A stretch of DNA of 64,000 bases, from assembly GCA_002633005.1 (NCBI GenBank), contig NMRA01000168.1:3129-67128 (forward strand), read 5' to 3'. The position numbers and the translations under genes were made by a program. Source of the stretch: Phoronis australis. Lineage: Eukaryota > Animalia > Phoronida. The notes below the pieces were generated by a model. The model searched no databases. It worked only from the letters and a program-made list of their open reading frames with translations, and was not told where the DNA came from. Shown one piece after another: positions 38,743 to 49,660 of this stretch; positions within the stretch are counted from its first letter, which is position 1, and the number at the start of each line of letters is the position of its first letter.

Positions 38743-38999
38743 GTCAGTGCACATTGGAAGCGCCGAGCATGGAATATGACAGCTATATACTCCAAACTGA
38801 AGGCATTCGGATTTTTGCGCGGTTGTCCTCTACGACTTTTCAAGTTGTTAAAAATGTGACGGGGGACGTGAAGATAATTGGCGGACCTCAACATTTCCAT
38901 CGCGAACTGTTCTGTCTGGAGTTTTGTTCGCGCCTCGACTGTTGTGCGTTTGTAATTTATTCACTCAACAAGAGTTGCACGTGCCTGAGGAAGAATTGA
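38743..38999 (+). CDS. Lectin exon 8a (terminal; Cys-rich PAN/Apple-like module)
   Basis: Acceptor tgtatag|. Phase fits exon 7a. Reads ...FCLEFCSRLDCCAFVIYSLNKSCTCLRKN*, with AATAAA at 39249. Confidence 0.8.
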
Positions 39000-39248
39000 G
39001 AAAATCGCAATCGCTGAAGCCACTTTGCTATTAATGCTGAGAAGATACAGTTGTCACCAAACCACACTGGGTACTTAAAGCGAAATGATCGGAGAGAAAA
39101 TAGTAGCGTGGATTCGCACGCACTACCTCTGTTGCAGCCAAATGTTCTAACGCTAAGCCAAATCCCACGCTCTTATCAGCAGGGTATTTTACGTCGGCCT
39201 TGATTTCAGCGAATGTCTTGTCGACAACGGCGAGAATTGACGATTTGT

Positions 39249-39254
39249 AATAAA
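39249..39254 (+). promoter_or_regulatory. Putative polyadenylation signal of exon 8a
   Basis: AATAAA ~250 nt after the stop, followed by a GT-rich tract. Conserved in the duplicate at 48539. Confidence 0.55.
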
Positions 39255-40303
39255 ACCACAAAACAACGGATTTTGGTGTTTTATGGCGTATCTCATCCCA
39301 AAAATGTGTTTTTCGGTCGTAAAACCGATAACGTCTCTTTGAGATTCTTGTCGCTTTTATGCAAAATTGGGGCCATATTTTAATTCTTGGCAAGACATAG
39401 AAACAGTTTTTATTTTGATAGGTTTCTCAATGTTTCGTCTTTGCTTCAGTATAAAATGAACACGTTTCTTTTGTCTATTAATGTTCTTAAAGTTAATTTG
39501 CAAGAAAGCACCTTTTTCAAAATCCTTCTTCCGGTGCTCGCTGGATATCATCGAACTAGAATGTATTTTTAACAGATATGATTTTGTGTTCATTGTTTAT
39601 TTCATACATGTTTAATTTACATAATCTATTTATTTTAAACTGTAAATAAATTCCGCATTATAACAGATGACCGTTTTAATGGGAGTTCGTAGAAACGACT
39701 TTTTTACATTCAACATGTATTTCTATCTTGTATATCTGTAGCGGATATGTACGACGATAACTAGACATCCTGAGATCAGTTATTCGGTTCAGGTTTACTT
39801 TTATGTTCACGTAAACATGTGGCTGTTGCGAAACCCCTTTTGGTAACTGTGACGGGAATCTGCCCCCGCAATTATATATTCGTAATACATAGATTTCAGA
39901 CTTTAAGTATGTTACCATGGACACCGACCTTTTGTATTCTCTGCGCTAGAGTTCTGGTGGTGTATGTTTTACCCAATCACTTATTAAAATATCGTTACCA
40001 AAACAACTTAAGCAAAATAAAACTGAAAACACACTTTGCCACAAACAATATCAATTTTACAATTGAGTGAAAGGTGGAAATGAACTCATTAACCAAATTC
40101 ATTGGCAAATTACCATAAAATGTACAGCTTTAGATTCAAATAATACACCTATGAATGAGATGAAAAACGTATTCATGTGAGAGTTTAAAGCTCCCACTGT
40201 GAGCATAAAATTCCTCTCATATACAAAGTGGCCAATTAATCATTTAATTGCTGGAGATTCGATAAATTCAGAGGCAGTCATCAATTTAATCGTTTACGCG
40301 CAG

Positions 40304-40426
40304 ATTGGGCTGGACGTCAACCAAGCAGCTCTGGAGGTGGTGAGGACTGCACGACGTTGTTTTATACTGGACTTTGGAATGACGTCAACTGTGAGCTTGA
40401 CCACAGTCTTGTGTGTCAAATACCAG
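40304..40426 (+). CDS. Duplicated exon 7b (QPS/WND: WAGRQPSSSGGGEDCTTLFYTGLWNDVNCELDHSLVCQIP)
   Basis: Same length (123 nt) and phases as 7a. Acceptor cgcag|, donor |gtgaag, no stop or frameshift. Confidence 0.8.
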
Positions 40427-40651
40427 GTGAAGTACAAGTGTGTGCTCTCTGTGACAACACAATAATCTCGTTGTTCGTCTTTTGTCAATCGTGTGATTTT
40501 TGTGCAACTACGCAAACGACTTTAGCTACCAGCAATTAAGAGAAAATCCAAATAAAACAAACCAGAACACTAAGTCGGGTACGCCTATTTTCAAAAGCCA
40601 CAAACGGTACGGGCGCAAGCCCATCATCAGTGTGGAATGAGACACAAGATT

Positions 40652-41290
40652 ATACAATGTAACAGGAGGCAACAGAAAATTTTACATTAAAGAAAACAAC
40701 AATGGATTTAAGTCGACATGTTTTGGTGTCATTTATTAAAACACCATCATCAGAAGAGAGAATGCCGTGGAGACCCTAGCTAGGCCCAGCAACAAGTAAT
40801 GAAGCACAGATACAGTCAGTTACAGGGAGTGACAATGAACTATATCAACAATGACAATCTGTGGTGTGCCAGTTGCCTATTGAGATTGGGCTTGCACCAA
40901 CTGATGTGTAGAGCTTCACGAATTTCAAGCTCCTTTGTTGTTACTGCCTGGTCTATTATTGCAAAGTCATTGAAAGAGCACTGCTGATAGCAATGATTGG
41001 AGCTCTGTAGGTGAATATTTACAAGTGAACCTCTGTCAGAATTTAGATGTTCCTTGGTCCTGGTTTTCAAATGGCGAACAGTTTCGCCTATATAGCTGGA
41101 GCCACATCCAGCACAGATAAATTTGTACAGTACCCTAGACCGTAGACTCATAGGAATTTTGTCCTTAGGATTAAATAAATTCGACGGTTTCAGAGACTTG
41201 AAAGTTAATACAACTCTTAAGTTTTCACAGTAATCATTCACCAATTTGTTGAGTTTTCGTTGATCAATCTTGGCGTAAAACCCAACATTG
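40652..41290 (-). mobile_element. 5'-truncated Penelope-like element (GIY-YIG endonuclease plus 3' pLTR)
   Basis: VLYKFICAGCGSSYIGETVRHLKTRTKEH...LEIREALHI...KPNLNRQ (40840-41244). Hammerhead-like motif downstream. Absent from the paralogous intron 7a. Confidence 0.9.
40712..40758 (-). ncRNA. Degenerate minimal type I hammerhead motif of the PLE
   Basis: CUGAUGA, stem GGUGU/ACACC, then AAAAC-AU-GUC. The G of the conserved GAAA is replaced by A. Confidence 0.55.
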
Positions 41291-42060
41291 TTCTAGCTCG
41301 TGACTCCTTTGCATGCATGATCTTTCTGAACTTTTGCAGTGTTCCTCAAAAAATAGTGGGTGCCAACGGATGACTGACTACTGCTGTAACCCTTCTTTGT
41401 AATTTTAGTTTTTCATTTGCCTTTGTATTCTTAGACGTCATGGGCGGACTTTTATGAAATTTGGAAATTAGTTTTGTGTTAGACAGACGGCGATGTGGCT
41501 CTTATTTCTGACAGGTTGGACGTATTCTTCGCTAACTCAGTGGTGGTCATTTTTATGATACTATAAACACCCCTATAATCTCACCGTTTGTGGTGCAGTC
41601 GTGGTTAGACTTCAACGCTTCGCAGTGCTCATGTATAACTTTTTATTGTTTTGGTCGGTAAAATTTACCTCCTTCTCCTGCAAACAAAAACGGAAAAACT
41701 TGTGTGAGGTCCAGTGTTATTAAGAAAAAGGCGTTCCCTAGACAGAGCACCCATACGGGTTTCAGTAACAAACTGAGAGCCTTGTCATGTCCCAATTGCA
41801 CTGTAAATGGGACTCATGAGCTAGTGCAGCAGAATCTGCAGATTTTCACAGCATAAACTATTGCAATTGTTCTTTGCCACAGTCTGTGGCTTGAGGAATA
41901 CCACGGGCAGCTGTAACCCGGAAATTGGAACAGTTTGTGTAGACCTTTGAAGCACAAACTGTCATAATTTTTCGTTGCCACACTTTTTAAGTTGATCAAT
42001 CCCTTACTAGAAGTACTCGAGTAGTCTCGTGAGTATCAGATTTGTGAAAACACTGGCCAT

Positions 42061-44300
42061 TGTATTGTTAGTATTGTTCGTAGGACAGTGTTTGGTTGGA
42101 ACTCTTCCGCTTGCGTATCGCGGTTATTAATGCCTTCTGTGTAACAAACCCGATAAATCTTCGATTCACTATTTAGTTTATCTCGCGTGGTGTCAGCGAA
42201 ATGACTACAACCCGAGCTCCGAAACAGTTTCCGCTCACTAAAAATGAGACTATAACCTCATTTGATGATTGGAGGCAGAATTTGTTATACATCTGAAGGC
42301 ACCCCAGAACCGCAGCGACGTTCTGTTTTCGTGAAATTGGCTCATTTAGAACTTACTCTGGGACAAATTATTAACTTTTGTTCAGTCATATACCGTAATT
42401 CTATCGTGAGATCATGCAATTTCGTCCAGGACAATTGGCAGAAAATCCGCCAACATTTCAACTTCGCTTCCACAGGAGCACACTTCTTAGACCTAGAGTT
42501 CATCTCATTGGATCTCAATGAACGTCCTTAAGCCCTATTCTAGCGCCTCACTGCTTTTTTCAAAGACAATTTACTTATCGTTGGATGTGGCGTAACGTAT
42601 CATGCGGAAGCTGTCGACATTGGCGAAGACATGACTACCCTTCCCTCGAAAATACTGTCGTGTTTTTATGGTTATAGCTGGTCAACCCAGGACTACCCCC
42701 AACTTATTAAGCAACGATACGGCGCAAAGTTACGCAACAAGTCTCTCGCCTCCATCAAGCCTGACATTTCTATGAACTCACTTCTTGATGAGCTTAGGTG
42801 CATCGAGAACAACGTTCCCTGCGTATAACCAGCACTAAGACAAACCCCCCTCGCCACCGTAGAACGCCGTCGTGCGTCTTATACACCACCTCCCGCCGCA
42901 ATACCTCAGTCTCGGTGCCAGTTCCTCCTGCCTGACGACAAGCGCGCATTTCTCAAAGCACGGTCCACCGACGTTGACGACTCCACTAAGGAAGGCAACC
43001 CACAAGACGCAACATCTTACGACCAGTACTGTCCTGACTCTGCTGTCGCGCTTCACGTCCACATAGTTCTGTCTCCTTATCTTGACACGTTTGTGTCAAA
43101 CCATCGTGCGTTTGACATTTGACTGTGACAAGAAACATGATTAACGCATCATGTGCACGTTTGTTGAGCGCGAAAATTCGAAAAAATTCCCAAACCGCCT
43201 TCCATGCCAATGGTACATATACTTTACAGGTTGTGGGGGAAACTCGACTTGTCTTCACACGTGACAAGCATTCCTTCATTTTCGATGGTCTTCTTATCGA
43301 ATTCCTTGACGTAGACGTATTGGCAGCAACCATATTTATGACTTATCATCAAACCTCGCTCGGACAGCATTAGCATCCGCTCTAGGAGTGTTTCCCAGCT
43401 ACGGCCACAACGCGCCATTCTTGTCCCTGCTGATGGCAAGGTTCGCTTGTTCAACAACACCGATGAAACAGTATTTTTGCGAAGAGATGAGCAGTTTTAC
43501 CAGATGCACGCCGTGTTCACTCCTTCAAAGGTTACAACTGGATCCCCGACAGCCATCCAATGCACCCCTATCAACCCAAACTACCTTGCAACACCATCGT
43601 TTTGTCGCTGCTGATCCCCCCAATAGTTTGCATGCTACAGATCGGGACAAGTTCCACACCCTGCATCCCTAATTCGCCCACGTGTTTGATCCGTAATTCC
43701 CCGGGTACAACGGCGCCGCATGCCCGTTCGAGGCATTTGTCAACACGGATCCTACGAAACCCCCCGCAGAGGAAAGGTCGCCTCCCACAATACTCCAAAG
43801 ATAAGCTCCTGGAATTGCAACAAAAATTCAACGAGTTGGAGCTACTTAGAGTATTTGCTAGTGCAGAAGATATTGGTATTACAGTAGAATATCCCAATCC
43901 TTCGTAGATTCCGTGCTACGGAAGATTGCTCAAAAGAAGTTCATCATCAAGACTGATCTCAAGAGTGTTTTGTGTCAAAATCCTTTGTCACGAGATTCCG
44001 TGAAATATTGTGGCGTATCCATGCGATTCCGAGGTATCCCTGTGTACGAACGTTGCGCCATGGTTTTGCCCGGTTCGGAAACCGCTTTGAAATAGTAGAC
44101 GTGTCGTGTGTTGGGCGAGTTTTTGGAGGAAGGGGCGACGACCTCTACTGTGGTGGTCAGACTATCACAGATTTGTTGCCTGCATTGTCCACAGCCGACC
44201 TCCGTCTATCTTTAATGAAGACTGTCATATGCCCACGACGCACAGAAGTCCTCGGCTGGATTTGGGAGATGGAAGTGGCGCGGAGGTGAATACGGAAAAC
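42061..44300 (+). mobile_element. Decayed, 3'-truncated Ty3/Gypsy element
   Basis: TG-start LTR-like segment, PBS-like tggtgtcag at 42188 and gag start MTTTRAPKQFPLTKNETITSFDDWRQNL at 42201. RT pieces: [36 protein letters not shown]. Confidence 0.85.
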
Positions 44301-44353
44301 AGTATCACATAGCCGTATTTCACTCGACTGATTCAACGCGTATGGGATAAATA

Positions 44354-45188
44354 TAGATTATTACATGGCGAAGCCGTTATCTCCCGGGTAGATTTTGGAG
44401 AACTATCGCCCGAGGAGCGTCAGCCGCGAGGGTGATAATTCTACAAAAATCCACGAGGGCTCTAGATAAGGGGGATAACGACTGAGAACACATAATAATC
44501 TATTTATACCACATACTGAACGAGAAACATTGCAATGAATCGATCTACAATTCTCGACTTGCCTCGGCTTTCTACTTTCTATGTCAGAGGCCCGGGGTCT
44601 AAGAAAAGCCGAGCTATTTTTGTCAAATAATGCTTTTATTCAAAACCAATTGAAAAATAAAACAAAATAGAAGTAAAGTGAATCTGTAAATTAAGGCTTA
44701 GCAAGTATTATAGCTAACTATACATTTTATCACGCTAAGCTTCGACCGGGAAAATATCGTCTGCTAAAGTAGATTACCACTAGTAACTGACTATAATGCT
44801 CAAGTCAAAGGATCCCGACGACACTATACCCGCATTCAAATTGGAGATCGGTGATTTACAAGTGAGAGAAAAAAGATAAAAATTTCACTGAATTAAACTA
44901 ACGTTTTTATGGAAATTATGCGTCTTATTTTTCATGGCGTATAAATGTCGGTGCAATGCCCTTCGCTGAACATGCGGTTCTTGCGCGTGCTCATTTAAGT
45001 ATTCTATTTTCACGTTCGATGACGTCAGCCGCTGAGTGGTGTAGTGGTAAATTCGGCGACTCGAAACTCTTGAGGCCAGGGTTCGAATCCGGCCCCGGTT
45101 TCCGCCAAAATGTTATCTTACCAGGGAGAGAACTCTATGTGTTATTACACGGTTGTATTTGCTATTCGAGGCTAATATTGTGGTTTAA
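44354..45188 (+). mobile_element. Third copy of the hairpin + tRNA-like element
   Basis: Palindrome at 44354-44503, body, and a tRNA-like segment at 45031-45099 (tggtgtagtgg ... ggttcgaatcc). Confidence 0.7.
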
Positions 45189-46292
45189 ATTCTCTTACCA
45201 CAATATATTTGGGATTAGGAAAACAATATACATTACAAATGCATGCCCCCTTTTAGTCACCTATTGCACTACAACAGTTGAGGTCCTTTACGGTCAAACA
45301 TGATTTGTTCTCAAAAAATCAAAATACGTCGAGCCCAAAAGCAAAACTGAAACTTCCATAAACACTGTATTTTTGTCAATTTTACGATAAATTTCGGAAT
45401 ACTTTCTATCTAAAAGTTATAAGAACGCGCGAAGTGTCTGAACGTGCATCAGCCACAACGTCTGAGTTTCCTGCACAGATATTACTCAACGAAGTCAAGA
45501 AATGTAAGCAAACTTTAACTTAGAAATAGATTTAGCTCAAACTCTGACGAAAATAACGAAAATAGCAGATATGCGCCAAAAGCCAGTAGCTGCTGTAAAA
45601 TACAACTTGACTGCCGTGTCATGCACGCCGCAAAAATTCATTCATAAACATTTTGTGTGCTCGTATAGGCCTACTTGTCACACGATCTGCGATCATCATT
45701 GATAAAAGATGACAAACGACGCCAAAACAAGCGGTGCAATCTGTGTGAACCCACTTCTTTAAAGAATCCTCAGTAGGGCGCCCTCGTTCAAATACTTTTG
45801 CATCTCACGAATCTCGATATAATAACCACTGGTACAAACACGTACGTTGTATAACTTATATTTAATACCCAATGTAACATGTTTTCAAGGTTAGAATCAG
45901 GCAGAGCTTTCACCATATGCATGTGGTTTGAAGCGACTATCGTTTCAAATGTCATAACATCGGGATCAAGCGCATATGGCCCCTGACAAATTACTGGCGA
46001 CTGGGTAGAAATACGCGTGTATTAAAAATGAGCAGCCTATGATCATCGAGAAAGAATAAATTTTAAAGACTTTGCCGTTTTCTTTTCAAATCATGTACAA
46101 GTGATCGCAGTTGCCAGTAAAGCGCCACGTGACTTGTTATTACGTGCCATGCCAGGAGTTAGTGGTAAAGCCCTTGGTCGAGCGGTTTAACACTGCTTCA
46201 AATTGGATAGCACTGAATAGAAAGTTAAACACAGAAAAAAGACGCTGTGTTTTATATCGTCCTTTCGATATTACTCAATATCATGATCGAGC

Positions 46293-46295
<3 letters not shown>

Positions 46296-46325
<30 letters not shown>

Positions 46326-46453
46326 TGTATGTATGTATGTTTGCATGTATGTATGCATGTACGTATGCATGTAAGTATATGTATGTATGTATGTATGTAT
46401 GTATATATGTATGTAAGTATATGTATGTGTATGTATGTATTTATGTATGTATG
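46296..46453. repeat. (TATG)n microsatellite
   Basis: Imperfect TATG run. The paralogous intron has only atatatgt at this position (~36583). Confidence 0.95.
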
Positions 46454-48028
46454 TTACAGTCAGTGCATAGTTGTAACAGCATTAAGTACAAAGGCGAGAA
46501 AAATAGAATTGTACCTAATTATCACTTCATTCAACTGCATGTCGATTTGCGGCAAGTTGTGATTCGAACGTGTACCAAGACTGCCACACCTTGAGGGTCA
46601 CTATGGTGTCAAAAACATCTTCCGGTAGTCACTTTTATGGGAAGGTGCGTAGATGGATGGTGGCCTCGGGACTTGTTCGTCTTCTGTGGATTCCTGGCAC
46701 GGCATGTATTAGAAGATGGAATTATTTGCTAAAGTTTAAAGCATGCTGAAAAATAGACGTCTCTTGCCCTCTCAAACATATGCCATTGTGTTTTTATCGT
46801 TTGCTTGAATAGAAACTGTTTAGGCCTGAAGTTGGCAGGAATTTGACCATACTGCCTTTGCGACTGAATGCGGTATAGACCTGCATTTTGTCACAAACCA
46901 AAATTGATTTAAGTCACTTTTGGTTATTAAATTGTTCAAAAAATGAATGATTTCTGGGTTCGTGAAGAACTGACAGAATGTTAGTGTTTGATCACAGCGT
47001 GTCATTTCATTTGACGAGCATGGGCTGTAGGAATAATGATCTGCCAAGTCTTAGCAAATACAAAGATCACTTCTCGTCTGAGTAAGGACAAATTGAGATC
47101 ATTTTTATACTGTTGAGTGGCCTTAATCAAAAGTTAGTTTCTTTTGCAGAATGCAGAGTTTATTTCAACTTATTACTCGCTGTGACGAGCAAAGTTTAAA
47201 GTTCATAAACCTTTGTTTTTGCTATTTCAGGTGGGTTTTGAATTGTTTGGAATTTTAGGTCAAGAATATCTAACGAACTTCCACGTTTAGATTTTTTCGA
47301 CAAACGCGTCTATCTTTGATCGACAAAATAAAGCGGCATTTTGTCCAGTTGAGTCGGCTTAAAAAATAAGACCTCAAAATGCTGTCATATTGCTGTCCAT
47401 GGATTGCATACAGTGTTTCCATTACCAACAAGAACGTTTAAATCACCAGCGCCTCACTTCGTAGTTTACTGGGGTTTTCCAACCCTAAAATTGTGCACAC
47501 GAAAATTGCGCGTGTACGTTTATCCTCTGACTTGAGTTACCGGCTTACTCGATTGGATTAGCGTGGCAATGTTTTTAAACCTCAGAGCAACATTGTCAGC
47601 TTAACATCTGCGAAATGCCGCTTTAACTATTCCTTGTTCGAGAATCATGTTTTGTGTCAGCGATTCGTCTTATTCCAATTACTTCTCACCTTATTTTGCC
47701 GTTTATAATTCAAAACCGAATTGACTAACAATTTGTTCAATTTGGTGCTCAAGGTAGTAAAAAGCTTGTAACAGCAACATGGATTCCAAGTAGTCTGTAT
47801 TGGCCTTTTGATATTTCTGGTGCTGACAATGAGAATGGAATTGTATTCGTAAAAACAGAATTGCGGCATATGAGCAAAGAAATGCAGCTCGTGAGCAACG
47901 AAATGTTCTCATGAGAGAAGAACGCTGTCATTGAGAACGCCCATACAAGCCATGAGGTGAGCAAGTTTGTGTACAACGGATTTGTTTTGCCAATGAAACC
48001 GATTTTATGTTTTCATGTTTTTCTATAG

Positions 48029-48285
48029 GTCAGTGCACATTGGAAGCCCCAAGCATGGAATTTGACAGCTACATACTCCAAACCGAAGGCATTCAGATTT
48101 TTGCGCGGTTAACCTCTACGACTTTTCAAGTTGTTAAAAATGTGACGGGGTATGTGAAGATAATTGGAGTACCTCACATTCTCCATCCCGAACTGTTCTG
48201 TCTGGAGTTTTGTTCGCGCCTCGACTGCTGTGCGTTTGTAACTTTTTCACTTAACAAAAGTTGCACGTGCCTGATGAAGAACTGA
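48029..48285 (+). CDS. Duplicated terminal exon 8b (PAN/Apple-like)
   Basis: Same length (257 nt) as 8a. Acceptor tctatag|, all Cys kept, same stop position. Confidence 0.75.
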
Positions 48286-48538
48286 GAAAACCGTAATGGC
48301 ATACGCCATTTGCTATTAATGCTAAGAAGATAGTTTCACCGAACCATATTGTGTACTTAAAGGCATATTCTCGGAGAGAAAATAGTAGCGCGGAATCGCT
48401 CGCACTACCTCTGATCCCCTGTAGCAGCAAAGTGTTCTAACGCTGAGCTAAATCCCACGCTCTCATCAATAGGGTGTTTTACGCCGGCCTTGGTTTCAGC
48501 GAATGTCTTGCCGACAACGGCGAGACTCGACGACTTGT

Positions 48539-48544
48539 AATAAA
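48539..48544 (+). promoter_or_regulatory. Putative polyadenylation signal of exon 8b
   Basis: AATAAA at the position homologous to 39249, followed by a GT-rich tract. Confidence 0.55.
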
Positions 48545-48989
48545 ATCACAAAACAACGGGTTTTGATGTTTTATAGCTTATCCCATCCCAAAAATGTGTT
48601 CTTCGGTCGTAAAACTGATAATGAGTAAGTAGTGCATGATAAAGGCTTATCAGGTCTTTTAAGTGATTAATGTTTATGCCACATGCACCTTGATACGCTA
48701 GTGCAATAACTGCGTCTTGTGTGCACGTAATAACCTAGAAAGTTGTTTTACGGTCACGTGAGACGTTATTGTGCGGGAGTTGGCGAACAAAAGTGGGTTA
48801 AAACTAAAAAAAAATTATGCAAACATGCTGAACTTCACGCGTTTCGTATGGGTGAATGTTGTCAGCCTCGGTTGTTGTGCCGAGTAAGTATATTCACTCG
48901 GCCTTCGGTGTCCCGAAAATATTTACTTGGCACAGCAACCTCGTATGGGATTTGAAGCAGAATTCAAGTTCCCTGAATTCCAAAAATCT

Positions 48990-49660
48990 AGTTGAATGGT
49001 AGGCAGCCAGCTAGCTGTATGAAGACTGTCGTCAAAATACAGCTAGGTACCACTGTGTGTATTTCTTCCGTAGACTCCGAAATTGCACACAGCCAGGGTA
49101 GTTCTGCTCATCACCTCGCCGTGAAACTTGTATCAACATGTAAAGCTAAAGACCGGACGGGGTACATGCAAAATCTGGGAATCAATCGACACTCACCTTG
49201 CCAGTTGCAGCCGTTTAAGTGAAAAACAATGCAATAAATGTCGTTTTCTTGTGTAACTCTCCGCCTTTTCTAACAATGAAAAGTATGTCGTCGTTTTGAA
49301 AACAGTACGCTCGTGTTACGCGCACGCGCTATTACCTAAATTTTTGTGACATCTCTCAGGAGCTAGTGATAGCTTAGCAGCAGCAAAATTTCTTCTGAAA
49401 TTCGTTTTTTCGGTATCAAAATTCTAAAAACGTATAATGAAGTGAAACCAGTTCGGATAATTTGTTGTGACATGTATGCAACCTCGTGAAAGAACAACAG
49501 TTGGTTGAAGAATCGGCGAAAAAACAAACTGGCCAATAGGTGACGTAATATTTCTTGGCGCCAAAAGCAGTAGCTAAATATCGCTCCACAACTTTAGCAG
49601 CAGAATAACGGTAGAACGCCAGTTTTTCCAACACCGTTGAATAATTTAGTTTACTCAAGG
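48990..49660 (-). repeat. Uninterrupted copy of the repeat that hosts the LINE (11590-11721 plus 16046-16560)
   Basis: The reverse complement reads ...ttttttcgccgattcttcaaccaactgttgttctttcacg..., which joins both LINE flanks. Confidence 0.85.

Larger units (their letters stand above)
3242..38999 (+). other. 8-exon gene model: secreted dual C-type lectin with PAN/Apple-like tail (360 aa)
   Basis: Exons 3242-3305, 10067-10215, 16708-16810, 24154-24279, 26490-26644, 27066-27171, 33505-33627 and 38743-38999. All introns are GT-AG, with phases 1,0,1,1,0,1,1. The exons join into one open 1083-nt frame. Confidence 0.85.
39945..48621 (+). repeat. Tandem segmental duplicate of ~33100-39331 (exon 7 to 3' end), expanded by TE insertions
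   Basis: Colinear similarity from ctagagttctg (33100 vs 39945) to aaaatgtgtt..cggtcgtaaaac (39300 vs 48590). The copies are diverged with many indels, so this is not an assembly duplicate. Confidence 0.9.

Noticed and set aside
45031-45099. tRNA gene candidates (also 20193-20260, 23569-23637, 5549-5619)
   Set aside because: A/B boxes are present, but I could not build a convincing cloverleaf and the copies diverge inside repeats. Treated as tRNA-derived TE parts.
46111-46594. MYVC-repeat ORFs
   Set aside because: Translation of the (TATG)n microsatellite.
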